Origin: an uncultured Coriobacteriaceae bacterium
GTDB taxonomy: Bacteria; Actinomycetota; Coriobacteriia; Coriobacteriales; Coriobacteriaceae
NCBI GenBank assembly: GCA_949287085.1
Contig: CASEER010000004.1
Coordinates: 16,319-80,318, forward strand
Direction of reading: 5' to 3'
DNA: 64,000 bases
The stretch's first letter is position 1. Each line of letters begins with the position of its first letter. A program made the translations under genes and the position numbers. The notes under the pieces were generated by a model. It saw only the letters and a list, made by a program, of their open reading frames with translations, was not told the DNA's origin and did not search any database. This document shows, piece after piece, positions 51,506 through 60,933 of the stretch.

Positions 51506-52225
51506 GTGCGCCTCAGAAAGAAGATTAAACGGGAGCTGATTGGCACCCCCGATTACCCCTCGAACCAAATCTTCACCATTTCCAACTTCATCACCGTATT
51601 GCGCCTGATTCTCACCTTTGTCTTTCTGTACCTCTTTGTCGTTGGGATCAACCGCTATGTAGCGCTCGTGGTATACGCCGTTGCCGCCAGCACCGACTGG
51701 CTCGATGGAACCATTGCCCGCAAGACGCGCACGGTAAGCTGGTTTGGCAAGCTGATGGACCCGGTTGTTGACCGCGCGCTCCTGTTTACGGGTGTCATTG
51801 GCCTCGTGGTGCGCAACGAGCTGCCTATTTGGGTGTGCCTCGTCGTCATTCTGCGTGACGTGTACCTGGCGTGCGGCAATGCCCTGGTACGCCGCTACCA
51901 CAAGCGCCCCATTGATGTGGTGTATACCGGCAAGGCCGCTACGGCGTTTTTGATGACCGGCTTTTCGTTCATGCTGCTCGGACTGCCGCAGGTGCCCGGT
52001 TTAGGCATTCTAGGCGCGGTGGTGGGCCCGTTCCCCGGTCTTGACGCGCGCACCGTGCCCTTTGGCATCTATCTCGTCTATATTGGTGTCGTGTTCTCGC
52101 TTGTTACGGCGGTGATCTACACCGTAAAGGGGTATCACGCAGCCAAGCATGCCATCGAGCACCCCGAGGACGAGGACGTGGACTTTCTGAATCCCGAGAT
52201 TGAAGATGGCGATGAAGCTTCTTGA
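51506..52225 (+). CDS. CDP-alcohol phosphatidyltransferase (PgsA2-like)
   Basis: NFITVLR, DWLDGTIARK...GKLMDPVVD motif. Confidence 0.92.
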   Translation: MRLRKKIKRELIGTPDYPSNQIFTISNFITVLRLILTFVFLYLFVVGINRYVALVVYAVAASTDWLDGTIARKTRTVSWFGKLMDPVVDRALLFTGVIGLVVRNELPIWVCLVVILRDVYLACGNALVRRYHKRPIDVVYTGKAATAFLMTGFSFMLLGLPQVPGLGILGAVVGPFPGLDARTVPFGIYLVYIGVVFSLVTAVIYTVKGYHAAKHAIEHPEDEDVDFLNPEIEDGDEAS

Positions 52226-52330
52226 TGCTTCGCACATCTGCCGTGAATCTCCAAGCTTGGTCGGTTAAAATGAATATATCTTTGTGATTTAAGGCCGGGT
52301 GCACTCGGCTCCGAAGTGATAGGGGTATGT

Positions 52331-52738
52331 ATGGCAGAACTTAGCACAGACTCGACCCGCGTGTTCCGTATGCCGATTGATGACGCGACCGCCCCGGACC
52401 TTCTTAACAGCTCTCAGATTCCATGCCCCATGATCTCCATCATCAAGGGGCCGCAGACGGGCAACACCTTCCGCATCGATGCGCCCGAGACCACCATTGG
52501 CCGCGATCCGGCGAATGCCATCTTCCTCAACGACATGACCGTTTCGCGTTCGCATGCCAAGATCGTGCGCACGCCGCTGGGCACCACCATCGAAGACCTG
52601 GGCTCGCTCAACGGCACCTGGGTTGACGGCGCCATCGTAAACTCGGCACCGCTCCATGATGGCTCGTCGGTGCAGATCGGCACCTTCACGCTCATCTATC
52701 ACGAGAGCAAGCCGGAGCGCATCGAGACGGGTGAATAG
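52331..52738 (+). CDS. FHA-domain protein, GarA/OdhI-like
   Basis: IGR, VSRSHA, GSLNGT; N-terminal DSTRVFR. Confidence 0.88.
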   Translation: MAELSTDSTRVFRMPIDDATAPDLLNSSQIPCPMISIIKGPQTGNTFRIDAPETTIGRDPANAIFLNDMTVSRSHAKIVRTPLGTTIEDLGSLNGTWVDGAIVNSAPLHDGSSVQIGTFTLIYHESKPERIETGE

Positions 52739-52740
52739 CG

Positions 52741-53634
52741 TTGGCTGAGCGCAGCTACCTGAGCATCGGCCAAGTCGTTAACCTGCTTCGTGGCACCTAT
52801 CCCGACCTTTCGAACTCTAAGATTCGTTTTCTTGAGGACGAAGGGCTCATTACGCCGCACCGCACACCCAAGGGCTATCGTCAGTACTCCATGGATGACG
52901 TCGAGCGCCTTGAGGTTATCCTGCATTTGCAGAAGACACGCTACATGCCGCTCAACGTGATCAAACAGCGCTTGGAGAGCGCCGACGATCTGCATACCCT
53001 GGCGTACGAGGTGGGTCTGCTATCTGACGTCCCCATGAAGTCACAGCCCAAAGAGACCAAGCAGAAGCTGCACCCCTTGGAGGATGTGCCCGATCTGCTG
53101 GGCGTGAGCATCTCGTTTGTGCGGTCGCTTGCGCAGAACGACCTGGTGCGCATCATCAAAAGCCCTAAGAACCGTGAGCTTATCGACGGCAGCGATTTTG
53201 AAATCATTCGCTATTGCGATGAGCTCTCGCGTTTTCATATCGAGCCGCGCAACCTGCGTCAGTACGTGGTTTCGGCCAATCGCGAATCCACGATGTTCGA
53301 GCAGGTGCTCGTTGGCATGCTCGGTTTGGACGATAGCGACGAGGACCGCAGCGCCAAACTCGAGCGCGCCTTTAAGAAGCTCCATGACCTTACGGACGGC
53401 CTGCACACGGCGCTTTTGAAGAACCGCGTCTTTGAGTCGCTCAACGCGGTGGTCAAGGATGCCGATGTGGACTCTATCGACGACGAGCTTGCCCGGGCTG
53501 AGGCATCGAAGGCCTCCAAGGAAAAGGCTGCCGAACAGGCTGCGGCAAGCGCTCGTCAGGCGAGTTCCGTAACCGCGCCGCCCGCTACTACCACGCGAGC
53601 TCATTCCCTCGGTATCAAGCGCGCCCGTTCGTAA
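52741..53634 (+). CDS. MerR-family regulator (Rv1828/FtsR-like)
   Basis: LSIGQVV...SKIRFLEDEGLITPHRTPKGYRQY...YMPLNVIK. Confidence 0.88.
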   Translation: MAERSYLSIGQVVNLLRGTYPDLSNSKIRFLEDEGLITPHRTPKGYRQYSMDDVERLEVILHLQKTRYMPLNVIKQRLESADDLHTLAYEVGLLSDVPMKSQPKETKQKLHPLEDVPDLLGVSISFVRSLAQNDLVRIIKSPKNRELIDGSDFEIIRYCDELSRFHIEPRNLRQYVVSANRESTMFEQVLVGMLGLDDSDEDRSAKLERAFKKLHDLTDGLHTALLKNRVFESLNAVVKDADVDSIDDELARAEASKASKEKAAEQAAASARQASSVTAPPATTTRAHSLGIKRARS

Positions 53635-53666
53635 GGCGCATGATGTTTCCTGCAGGAGGAACGACC

Positions 53667-54200
53667 ATGTCTGACTTCGATTTTGCATCCTACATTGCCG
53701 ACATTCCGGATTATCCGGAGCCGGGCGTGGTCTTTAAGGACATCACGCCGCTCTTTGCCGACGCGACTGCCATGCGCGCCGCCATCGACGCCTTGGCCAA
53801 CCACTTCCGCAACGCTGGCGTTACCAAGGTCATTGGGCCCGAGGCACGTGGCTTTATGGTAGGCGTGCCCGTGGCGCTCGAGCTAGATGCGGGCTTTGTT
53901 CCGGCGCGCAAGCCCGGCAAGCTCCCGCGTAAGACGATCTCCATTAGCTATGAGCTTGAGTACGGTACCGATACGCTGGAGATTCACGAAGACGCGCTCA
54001 CACCCGCCGACCGCGTGCTCATCATCGACGACCTCATTGCAACGGGCGGCACCGCTGCCGCTACGGGCAAGCTCGTCCAGTCGATGGGTGCCGAGCTGGT
54101 GGGATATGGCTGCATTCTTGAGCTGACGTTCCTCAACCCGCGCAAGACGCTTGCCGAGGCCGGCGACCAGGAGCTCTTTAGCCTCGTTCCCGTTGCGTAG
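53667..54200 (+). CDS. apt: Adenine phosphoribosyltransferase
   Basis: FKDITP, EARGF, RKPGKLP, YELEYG, DDLIATGGT. Confidence 0.97.
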   Translation: MSDFDFASYIADIPDYPEPGVVFKDITPLFADATAMRAAIDALANHFRNAGVTKVIGPEARGFMVGVPVALELDAGFVPARKPGKLPRKTISISYELEYGTDTLEIHEDALTPADRVLIIDDLIATGGTAAATGKLVQSMGAELVGYGCILELTFLNPRKTLAEAGDQELFSLVPVA

Positions 54201-54350
54201 CGTACTAACCTTTTGCAAAGCGACCCGCTCATCTTTGAGCATGGTTTGTAGGTTCGCTTAATTCGCCCCGAGCCCACTTCCATGGGTTTGGGGCGAACGT
54301 ATAATGGCATCTGTTTTTTGATACCCTCACTACACCACGGAGGAGATAGC

Positions 54351-55598
54351 ATGCATACACGAGAATTCGGACGCATGTGCGCGAAGATTTCTCTTGTTAC
54401 CGCCTTATCCGGCTCGATGGTGTTCTCTACGTTCCCCGTCGTTCCTGCCTACGCGGATCTTCAGTCCGACCTTGCCAGTGCTCAGGCCAAGCTTGAGAGC
54501 ATTGGTGCCGAGTACCAAAAGCTCGAGGACAATCTAACTAACGCCGCCGCCGAGCTGGAGGAAACCAAGGGCAAAATCGAGGAAACCCAGAACAACCTTT
54601 CTGATGCGCAGGCCTTGCTGGCCAGCAACGTATCGGATGCCTATAAAGGCGGCAATGGCCAGGCGCTTGACGTGCTCATGGGTGCCACGAGCTTTGACGA
54701 CCTGGTTTCGCGCGTCTTTTATATGAATAAGGTGTCCGATGCCCAGACGCAGGCGATCAAGGAAGTTCAGGAGCTCAAGAACAAGCTGGAGAGCCAAGAG
54801 AAGGACCAGCAGAAAAAGGTTTCGAGCACGCAGTCGATGATCGATAAGACCGCGGCCAACCAAAAGGAAGCTCAGAACCTGGTTGACTCGCTGTCGGCCG
54901 AGGTGCAGGCTCAGCTTGAGGAAGAGGCAAAGAAGAACGAGGAGCTCGCTGCCGGTATGCAGTCCGCCGAGGATGGCGAGAGCGGTACGCTGGCCGAAAG
55001 CTCGGTTCAGGTGCCGTCGAACTCCTCGAGCACGTCTGACAAGGCGTCGTCGAATAATTCCAGCGCCTCGCATAAAGATAGCAACAAGGACAAGCCAAGC
55101 TCGTCGAAACCGAATTCGTCCAAGCCCTCCTCGTCGAACAACACCAACAAGGACGAAGACAAGAACACCTCGCCGTCTAAGCCGAGTAACGGCGGCTCAA
55201 ACGGAGGCTCGTCCTCCACGGGCGGATCGACGGGCACCTCGAGCGTGGGCGGCAGCGCACTCTCGTACGCTCTTACCATGGAAGGCGTGCCGTACGTCTT
55301 TGGTGGTGCGAGCCCTTCGGGATTTGACTGCTCCGGCCTGGTGATGTGGGCTTACGCTCAGATCGGCATTTCGCTGCCGCACGGTGCGTCCAGCCAGGCG
55401 GGCTATATTAAGTCGCACGGTGGTCGTTGGACCACCGATATGAGCAAGCTGCAGTACGGCGACTTGGTCTTCTATTCGGGCCATGTAGCGTTCTACGTGG
55501 GCAACGGCCAGGTCTTTGGCGCTTGGCGCCCAGGCCGCGCCGCCGGCTACGGTAGCCTCTATGCATGCGGCACCCCGTACGGTGGCGGCAACATCTAG
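54351..55598 (+). CDS. Secreted coiled-coil NlpC/P60 peptidoglycan endopeptidase (CwlO/RipA-like)
   Basis: Signal peptide ending AYA, coiled coil, Ser/Lys/Asn linker, PYVFGG..GFDCSG..GHV. Confidence 0.92.
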   Translation: MHTREFGRMCAKISLVTALSGSMVFSTFPVVPAYADLQSDLASAQAKLESIGAEYQKLEDNLTNAAAELEETKGKIEETQNNLSDAQALLASNVSDAYKGGNGQALDVLMGATSFDDLVSRVFYMNKVSDAQTQAIKEVQELKNKLESQEKDQQKKVSSTQSMIDKTAANQKEAQNLVDSLSAEVQAQLEEEAKKNEELAAGMQSAEDGESGTLAESSVQVPSNSSSTSDKASSNNSSASHKDSNKDKPSSSKPNSSKPSSSNNTNKDEDKNTSPSKPSNGGSNGGSSSTGGSTGTSSVGGSALSYALTMEGVPYVFGGASPSGFDCSGLVMWAYAQIGISLPHGASSQAGYIKSHGGRWTTDMSKLQYGDLVFYSGHVAFYVGNGQVFGAWRPGRAAGYGSLYACGTPYGGGNI

Positions 55599-55602
55599 AA
55601 AC

Positions 55603-56220
55603 CTATGCGTGCTCTTCAAACCCAATAAAGTGCAGGTAGCCCACCAGGTACGCCTTGGTAGCAAATGCAGTTACGGCATTACGCACCAGCAGGGACTCAC
55701 GCGTGACGCGTGACGCGGAATCGGGCTGGGGGAGTGCATCAAGCGAGAACGCCGTGTGCACGGCATGCTCCAGCTCGGTCATCGCGTAATCAAAGGCAAC
55801 GTCAGCTAGGTAGGTCATGCGCTGAATAGTAAAGAGCGTTGATATCGCTTGCATAGACAGCACCTGCTTGAAGATGCAGATCACCATAAGACGCGCAACG
55901 TGTTCGCGGTTATAGAGCTTCTTGACTGGTGCTGCCAAAAGGCCTGCTTTCACATAGTTGTTGACCATCGAGGGCGTGAGCAAATCGCCCTCGATGCACG
56001 GTGCAAACGGCTTAAGGGCCTGCTCGATGATGCCGATCACCTGATCGCGGTACAGCCCGACTGTAGGCAGCTCGTCAAAGCGCGGCATCTTACAGGTTGC
56101 CAGAGCCTGGGCAGTCTCTGAGGTCAGATAGGCATCGGGAAGGATGGTCGGTGCGATATCGTCCTGGGTAATCGCGCGACCGTGCTCATTCATGGGGATA
56201 ACCGACTTCGAAGCGTTCAT
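55603..56220 (-). CDS. DUF1836-domain protein (putative HTH regulator)
   Basis: LPTVGLYRDQV, LTPSMVNNYVK, PVKKLY; AAAGGA RBS before the ATG at 56220. Confidence 0.87.
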   Translation of the reverse strand: MNASKSVIPMNEHGRAITQDDIAPTILPDAYLTSETAQALATCKMPRFDELPTVGLYRDQVIGIIEQALKPFAPCIEGDLLTPSMVNNYVKAGLLAAPVKKLYNREHVARLMVICIFKQVLSMQAISTLFTIQRMTYLADVAFDYAMTELEHAVHTAFSLDALPQPDSASRVTRESLLVRNAVTAFATKAYLVGYLHFIGFEEHA

Positions 56221-56407
56221 CGCAGTCCTTTCGCGCATATGCCAAGCGCTGGCAGGTTGCAACCTCGCCATGGGGTGCTCAATGAATATCATACTCTGGT
56301 TGCTTAAGAAACAATATCATCTTGTTTTGCAAACCATGTTGTGCGCACGACTACTGCAATTGCTCGTATAATAGGGGTGCTTTGTTCCTGTTGAAAGGAC
56401 CGTTGTT

Positions 56408-57256
56408 ATGAGTTGGGCACTAATTGCAGACTCGAGCTGTAACCTTCGTGGGTTTACGCCTACTGCTCCTCAAACCACGTACTGCTTTGCGCCGCTTAAA
56501 ATCAACGTTGCAGGTGAAGAGTATATTGATAACGAGGAGCTCGATGTAGCTGAGCTCAATCGCCGTGTTGCGGCCGAAGAGTCGGCAACATCGAGCTCGT
56601 GCCCCAGCGTGGGCGAGTGGGCTGCCTTCTTCCGCAGCGCTGATAACGTCATCGCCGTCACCATCTCGGCCAATCTGTCGGGCAGCTATGAGGCCGCGGT
56701 GATGGCTCGCGATATGGTGTTGGAGGAGGACCCAAACCGCAACATCTTCATCGTGAACTCTCGCGCTGCGGGTGGCAAGCTCGAACTGCTCATCGTAGAG
56801 CTTGATCGCTACCTTGCCGCTCATCCCAATGCTACCTTTAACGAGGTCACCGCCTATATCTGTGATCGAGAGCAGGCTTCAACAGTACTCTTTTTGCTGT
56901 CGAGCTATGAGAATCTTGCCAAGGCGGGCCGTATGCCCAAAATGGCTGGGATGCTGGCCAATAAGTTCAACATTCGCATGTTGGGCACGGCGAGTAGCGA
57001 GGGAACCATCAAGGTGTTGGGGCCCGCGCGTTCGCAAAAGAAGGCGTTTGACAAAATCGTTGCCTGCATGAAAAATGATGGGTATCACGGGGGCCCGGTC
57101 TACATCGACCATGTGTTTAACGACCAGGCAGCCCAAGAGCTTGCCCAGCGCATTACGGCCGATTTTCCGGATGCTGAGGTGACCTGCATGCCGTGCGGTG
57201 GCCTCTGCTCCTATTATGCCGAGAGCAATGGCCTCATCATTGGCTATGATTGGTAA
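56408..57256 (+). CDS. DegV/FakB family fatty-acid-binding protein
   Basis: ADSSC, TSSSCPS, ISANLSGSY, LAKAGR. Confidence 0.92.
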   Translation: MSWALIADSSCNLRGFTPTAPQTTYCFAPLKINVAGEEYIDNEELDVAELNRRVAAEESATSSSCPSVGEWAAFFRSADNVIAVTISANLSGSYEAAVMARDMVLEEDPNRNIFIVNSRAAGGKLELLIVELDRYLAAHPNATFNEVTAYICDREQASTVLFLLSSYENLAKAGRMPKMAGMLANKFNIRMLGTASSEGTIKVLGPARSQKKAFDKIVACMKNDGYHGGPVYIDHVFNDQAAQELAQRITADFPDAEVTCMPCGGLCSYYAESNGLIIGYDW

Positions 57257-57303
57257 AGACGGTAGTGAAATGATTATGGCTGAAACGCTGTAACGATAGA
57301 ACA

Positions 57304-57331
57304 ACTTTACATAACATATATTATCTTGAAA
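57304..57331 (-). other. dif-like XerC/XerD chromosome dimer resolution site
   Basis: Minus strand TTTCAAGATAA-TATATG-TTATGTAAAGT (11-6-11), between convergent genes where coding-strand bias flips. Confidence 0.85.
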
Positions 57332-57426
57332 CAAGAACAATTCAGCAGAAAAGGCAGGTAGCACCGTAAGGGTACGCAACGTACCTGCCCTTACGTGCTT
57401 CGATATGCAATCGAGCCGTCCGATAC

Positions 57427-58377
57427 TTACGATTCGAGACGGCCGTGAGCCACAACATACCGATACGCGTCCGTTCCGGCAATCGCGCCATCGGCTGCTG
57501 CCGTGATTACTTGACGCAGGCGCTTTGAACGCATGTCGCCAACGCAGTACAAACCAGGCGTCTTTGTTGCCATGGATTCATCGGTCAACACGCCGCCATC
57601 GGGCCCCAAGTCTACATACGGTGTTACCAAGTCAACAACGGGATTTGTGCCAGCAAAGACAAAGATGCCAAATGAACCTTCAGGATACGTTTCAACGTGC
57701 TCTGCGCCCGTCGTATTATCGCGGAAGGTTATGCTTGAGAGAAACGTATTGCCGTCTACCCCGATAATAGATGTTAGGTACCTAACAGTAATGTTTTTAC
57801 GGGCAAGCAACTTGTCCACCACGCCTTGAGGCGCGCGGAACTCATCGCGGCGTACAACCATCGTTACCGACTGAGCGATGTTGGCAAGGTACAGACCCTC
57901 TTCGCAGGCTGCGTTGCCACCGCCGATAACAAAGACATCTTTTCCTCGGTAAAACATGCCATCGCACGTTGCGCAGTATGAGACACCACGTCCACGGAAG
58001 GTATCCTCCCCTGCAAAGCCGGCCATGCGGGGCTGTGCCCCCGTAGCAACGATAACGGTCGACGCACGATACGCTTCGTTACCACTGGAGACGATAAAGG
58101 CTCCATCCTCATCACGGATGAGAGATTCTACGACGCCATAGACGCTTTCAACGCCAGCGGCATCGGCATGTTCCTGGAACTTCATGCCTAGCTCAGCGCC
58201 CGAAATGCTGGGAATCCCTGGGTAGTTTTCTATAACGTCGGTTGTAGCAATTTGGCCGCCCGGCATGCCTTGCTCAATAACAACCGTGCGCAAACTGGCG
58301 CGTGCAGCATATATGCCCGCTGAATAGCCTGCAGGGCCTCCGCCAATAATGACGGTGTCATAGGTTTTGGTATCCAT
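57427..58377 (-). CDS. trxB: Thioredoxin reductase
   Basis: GGGPAG, IENYPG, GVSYCATCDG, GGGN, RQVITA. Confidence 0.95.
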   Translation of the reverse strand: MDTKTYDTVIIGGGPAGYSAGIYAARASLRTVVIEQGMPGGQIATTDVIENYPGIPSISGAELGMKFQEHADAAGVESVYGVVESLIRDEDGAFIVSSGNEAYRASTVIVATGAQPRMAGFAGEDTFRGRGVSYCATCDGMFYRGKDVFVIGGGNAACEEGLYLANIAQSVTMVVRRDEFRAPQGVVDKLLARKNITVRYLTSIIGVDGNTFLSSITFRDNTTGAEHVETYPEGSFGIFVFAGTNPVVDLVTPYVDLGPDGGVLTDESMATKTPGLYCVGDMRSKRLRQVITAAADGAIAGTDAYRYVVAHGRLES

Positions 58378-58549
58378 TGGTGCTCCTTAGGTACATCAGG
58401 GCGCTCTACATGTATGACCTTCCAATACCCGCCGCATTGTCGCGCTATACCACAAAGTAAAACGGCGTGGTTGCCACATGAACAACCACGCCGATGCATC
58501 ATTTGTGCTCAAACAACCGCGATGCGACAGCCATCTACCGCCGAAGTGC

Positions 58550-59866
58550 TTAAAGCATCAAGAAGTAGGCCAGAAAAGCGGCAGCGGCAACCCACATAAG
58601 CGGGCGGACCTTCTTGATGTTGCCCGTCACCACCGACACGATCACGTAGGTGATGAAGCCGAGGCCGATGCCGTTCGAGATGGAGTAGGTAAACGGAATA
58701 CCTGCGATGATCATGAACGCCGGGAATGCCTCAACGGGGTCAGACCAGTCGATGTCAACGACGTCGTTCATCATGAGGAAGCCCACGAACACGAGCGCAC
58801 CGCAGGTAGCAGCCGTGGGGATGCAGTTGATGAGCGGCGAGAAGAAGGCGGCAAGCAAGAAGAAGATGCCTGCGACAACCGAAGTCAGGCCCGTGCGGCC
58901 ACCGTCGGCAGCACCCGAGGCGGACTCCACGAAGGTGGTTACCGATGAAGCACCCATGAAGCCACCAACGATAGCGGCGGCAGAGTCAACGATGAGGATT
59001 TGCTTGATGTCCTCAACCTTGCCGTCCTCGGTCAGAAACTCGCCCTGCTTGGCCACGGCCATAGCGGTGCCCATGGTGTCAAAGAAGTCGCTCATCATGA
59101 GCGAGAACGCAAAGAGCAGTAGGGCCGGCGTGGTGATAGCCTCAACGATGCCCATAACACCAGATGCGCTGCTCTGCTGGAACGGAGCGGCGAAGGTCGA
59201 GAAGTCGAGCGGAGCCACCAGGCCGGTCGGCAGCGGGGTAACACCCAGCGGAATGCCCACGATGGCAGAAATGATAATGCCCCAGAGCAGCGCGCCCTTG
59301 ACCTTCATCGAGTACAGAATAACCGTCAGGATGATGGAAAGCGCGCCAACAACAAACGTAGCGCTCGACACCGTACCAATGGAAACCATCGTGCTCTCGT
59401 TTGCGACGATGAGGCCGCCATCCTTGAGGCCAATCATGGCAATAAAGAGGCCCAGACCAATCGAGATGCCGTGACGAAGCGAAACCGGAATGGCATCCAT
59501 GATGGCCTCGCGAAGGCCGCAGAGCACGAGGAACAGAATGGCGACGCCCTCGATAAAGACAATGGCCATTGCCGTCTGCCAACCCAGGCCCATGCTTCCG
59601 CACAGGGTGAAAGCAATAATCGAGTTGATGCCCATGCCCGACGCGCATGCGAGCGGGCGGTTTGAAAACACGCCCATCGCGATAGTCATCACCGCGGCAC
59701 CTAGGCACGTTGCCGTGACGGCCGCCGTCGGCGCGATACCCGCTGAAGAAAGAATGCTCGGGTTCACGATAATGATGTACGCCATGGCCAAGAAGGTCGT
59801 TAGGCCGGCGCGCACCTCCGTTGCGGTGGTCGTACCGCGCTCGTTGAGCTTGAAGAACGTATCCAT
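58550..59866 (-). CDS. NCS2/AzgA-family purine permease
   Basis: EVRAGLTTFLAMAYIIIVNP, FDTMGT, ESASG..GGRTGL. Confidence 0.95.
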   Translation of the reverse strand: MDTFFKLNERGTTTATEVRAGLTTFLAMAYIIIVNPSILSSAGIAPTAAVTATCLGAAVMTIAMGVFSNRPLACASGMGINSIIAFTLCGSMGLGWQTAMAIVFIEGVAILFLVLCGLREAIMDAIPVSLRHGISIGLGLFIAMIGLKDGGLIVANESTMVSIGTVSSATFVVGALSIILTVILYSMKVKGALLWGIIISAIVGIPLGVTPLPTGLVAPLDFSTFAAPFQQSSASGVMGIVEAITTPALLLFAFSLMMSDFFDTMGTAMAVAKQGEFLTEDGKVEDIKQILIVDSAAAIVGGFMGASSVTTFVESASGAADGGRTGLTSVVAGIFFLLAAFFSPLINCIPTAATCGALVFVGFLMMNDVVDIDWSDPVEAFPAFMIIAGIPFTYSISNGIGLGFITYVIVSVVTGNIKKVRPLMWVAAAAFLAYFLML

Positions 59867-59917
59867 CTCTCCCCTTTTCCTTGGATTGCTCTTCCCTACT
59901 ATCTGCTCGGAAGCGCC

Positions 59918-60361
59918 TTAGCGCGCTCCGCTTGAGCCAAAGCCGCCGGTCCCACGGTCCGTTTCATCGAGCTCGTCAACTTCAACAAGCTCGACGGTGG
60001 GAACAGCCTGGATCACGAGCTGGGCGATGCGTTCACCGCGCTCGATGTGGATGGGTTCATGAGCATCAAGATTGACTGCGATGACCTTAAGCTCGCCGCG
60101 GTAATGCGCGTCAATCAGGCCCGGTGTATTAGCGATAGACAGACCGCGTTTGAGCGCCATGCCGCTCCGCGGCTGTACAAAGCCCGCATAGCCATCGGGC
60201 AAGGCGATAGCCAAGCCGGTCGAGATGAGCACGCGCTCGTAGGGCGGAATATCCACCGTTTCATTGGCCCTAAGATCAAGCCCCGCATCGCCCGCGTACG
60301 CATACGAGGGGAGCTCAACCGTTGGGTCGAGCCGTTTGATGTTCACCTGAATGCGATTCAT
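59918..60361 (-). CDS. dut: dUTP diphosphatase
   Basis: AGLDL, PRSG, GLIDAHYRGE, RIAQL, RGTGGFGSSG. Confidence 0.97.
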   Translation of the reverse strand: MNRIQVNIKRLDPTVELPSYAYAGDAGLDLRANETVDIPPYERVLISTGLAIALPDGYAGFVQPRSGMALKRGLSIANTPGLIDAHYRGELKVIAVNLDAHEPIHIERGERIAQLVIQAVPTVELVEVDELDETDRGTGGFGSSGAR

Positions 60362-60365
60362 ATCC

Positions 60366-60809
60366 TCACCTAAGCTTATCGAGCTCTTGCAAAAACTCTT
60401 CGATGTCCTTGAAATCGCGATACACCGACGCAAAACGAATATAGGCAACCTTGTCGATTTTTTCGAGGCGCTTGAGCACCATGTCGCCAATCTCATGCGA
60501 CGACACGTTGGTGAGCGTGCGGCTGCGAAGCTCAAGCTCAATGTCGTCGATCAGCGCGTTAAGCTGAGCGATGTCGATATCGCGTTTTGAGGTAGCGCGC
60601 ATAAGACCCACGAGGAGCTTATTACGATCAAACGGCTGAGTCGTACCGTCGCTCTTAATCACCTCGATGGGGTCTTCACACCGTTCAAACGTGGTAAAAC
60701 GGTAACCGCAGGAACGGCATTCACGGCGTCGCTTGATAGCATTCGTGGCATTTTGCATGCGCGAATCAACAACGCGGGTATCTTCTCCTCCGCAACGCGG
60801 GCAGCGCAT
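60366..60809 (-). CDS. nrdR: Transcriptional repressor NrdR
   Basis: MRCPRC, VVDSR, RRRECxxCxxRFTTFE, AYIRFASVY. Confidence 0.98.
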   Translation of the reverse strand: MRCPRCGGEDTRVVDSRMQNATNAIKRRRECRSCGYRFTTFERCEDPIEVIKSDGTTQPFDRNKLLVGLMRATSKRDIDIAQLNALIDDIELELRSRTLTNVSSHEIGDMVLKRLEKIDKVAYIRFASVYRDFKDIEEFLQELDKLR

Positions 60810-60842
60810 GAAACCTCCTCCAAGAACAGCGACCGCACTAGA

Positions 60843-60890
60843 ATACCACGCCTAGTGCGCCTACACCTCCAGAGATACTAGATATAGCGT
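60843..60890. promoter_or_regulatory. Tandem NrdR boxes upstream of nrdR
   Basis: ATACTAGATATAGCGT (60875-60890) and weaker ATACCACGCCTAGTGC (60843-60858), 32 bp apart. Confidence 0.65.
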
Positions 60891-60933
60891 AGGCTGTTAC
60901 ATAATCGGCTCACACGCTCCACACCAGATGCGG

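Noticed and set aside
55010-55255. Ser/Lys/Asn/Gly low-complexity repeats
   Set aside because: Ordinary flexible linker of a cell-wall hydrolase
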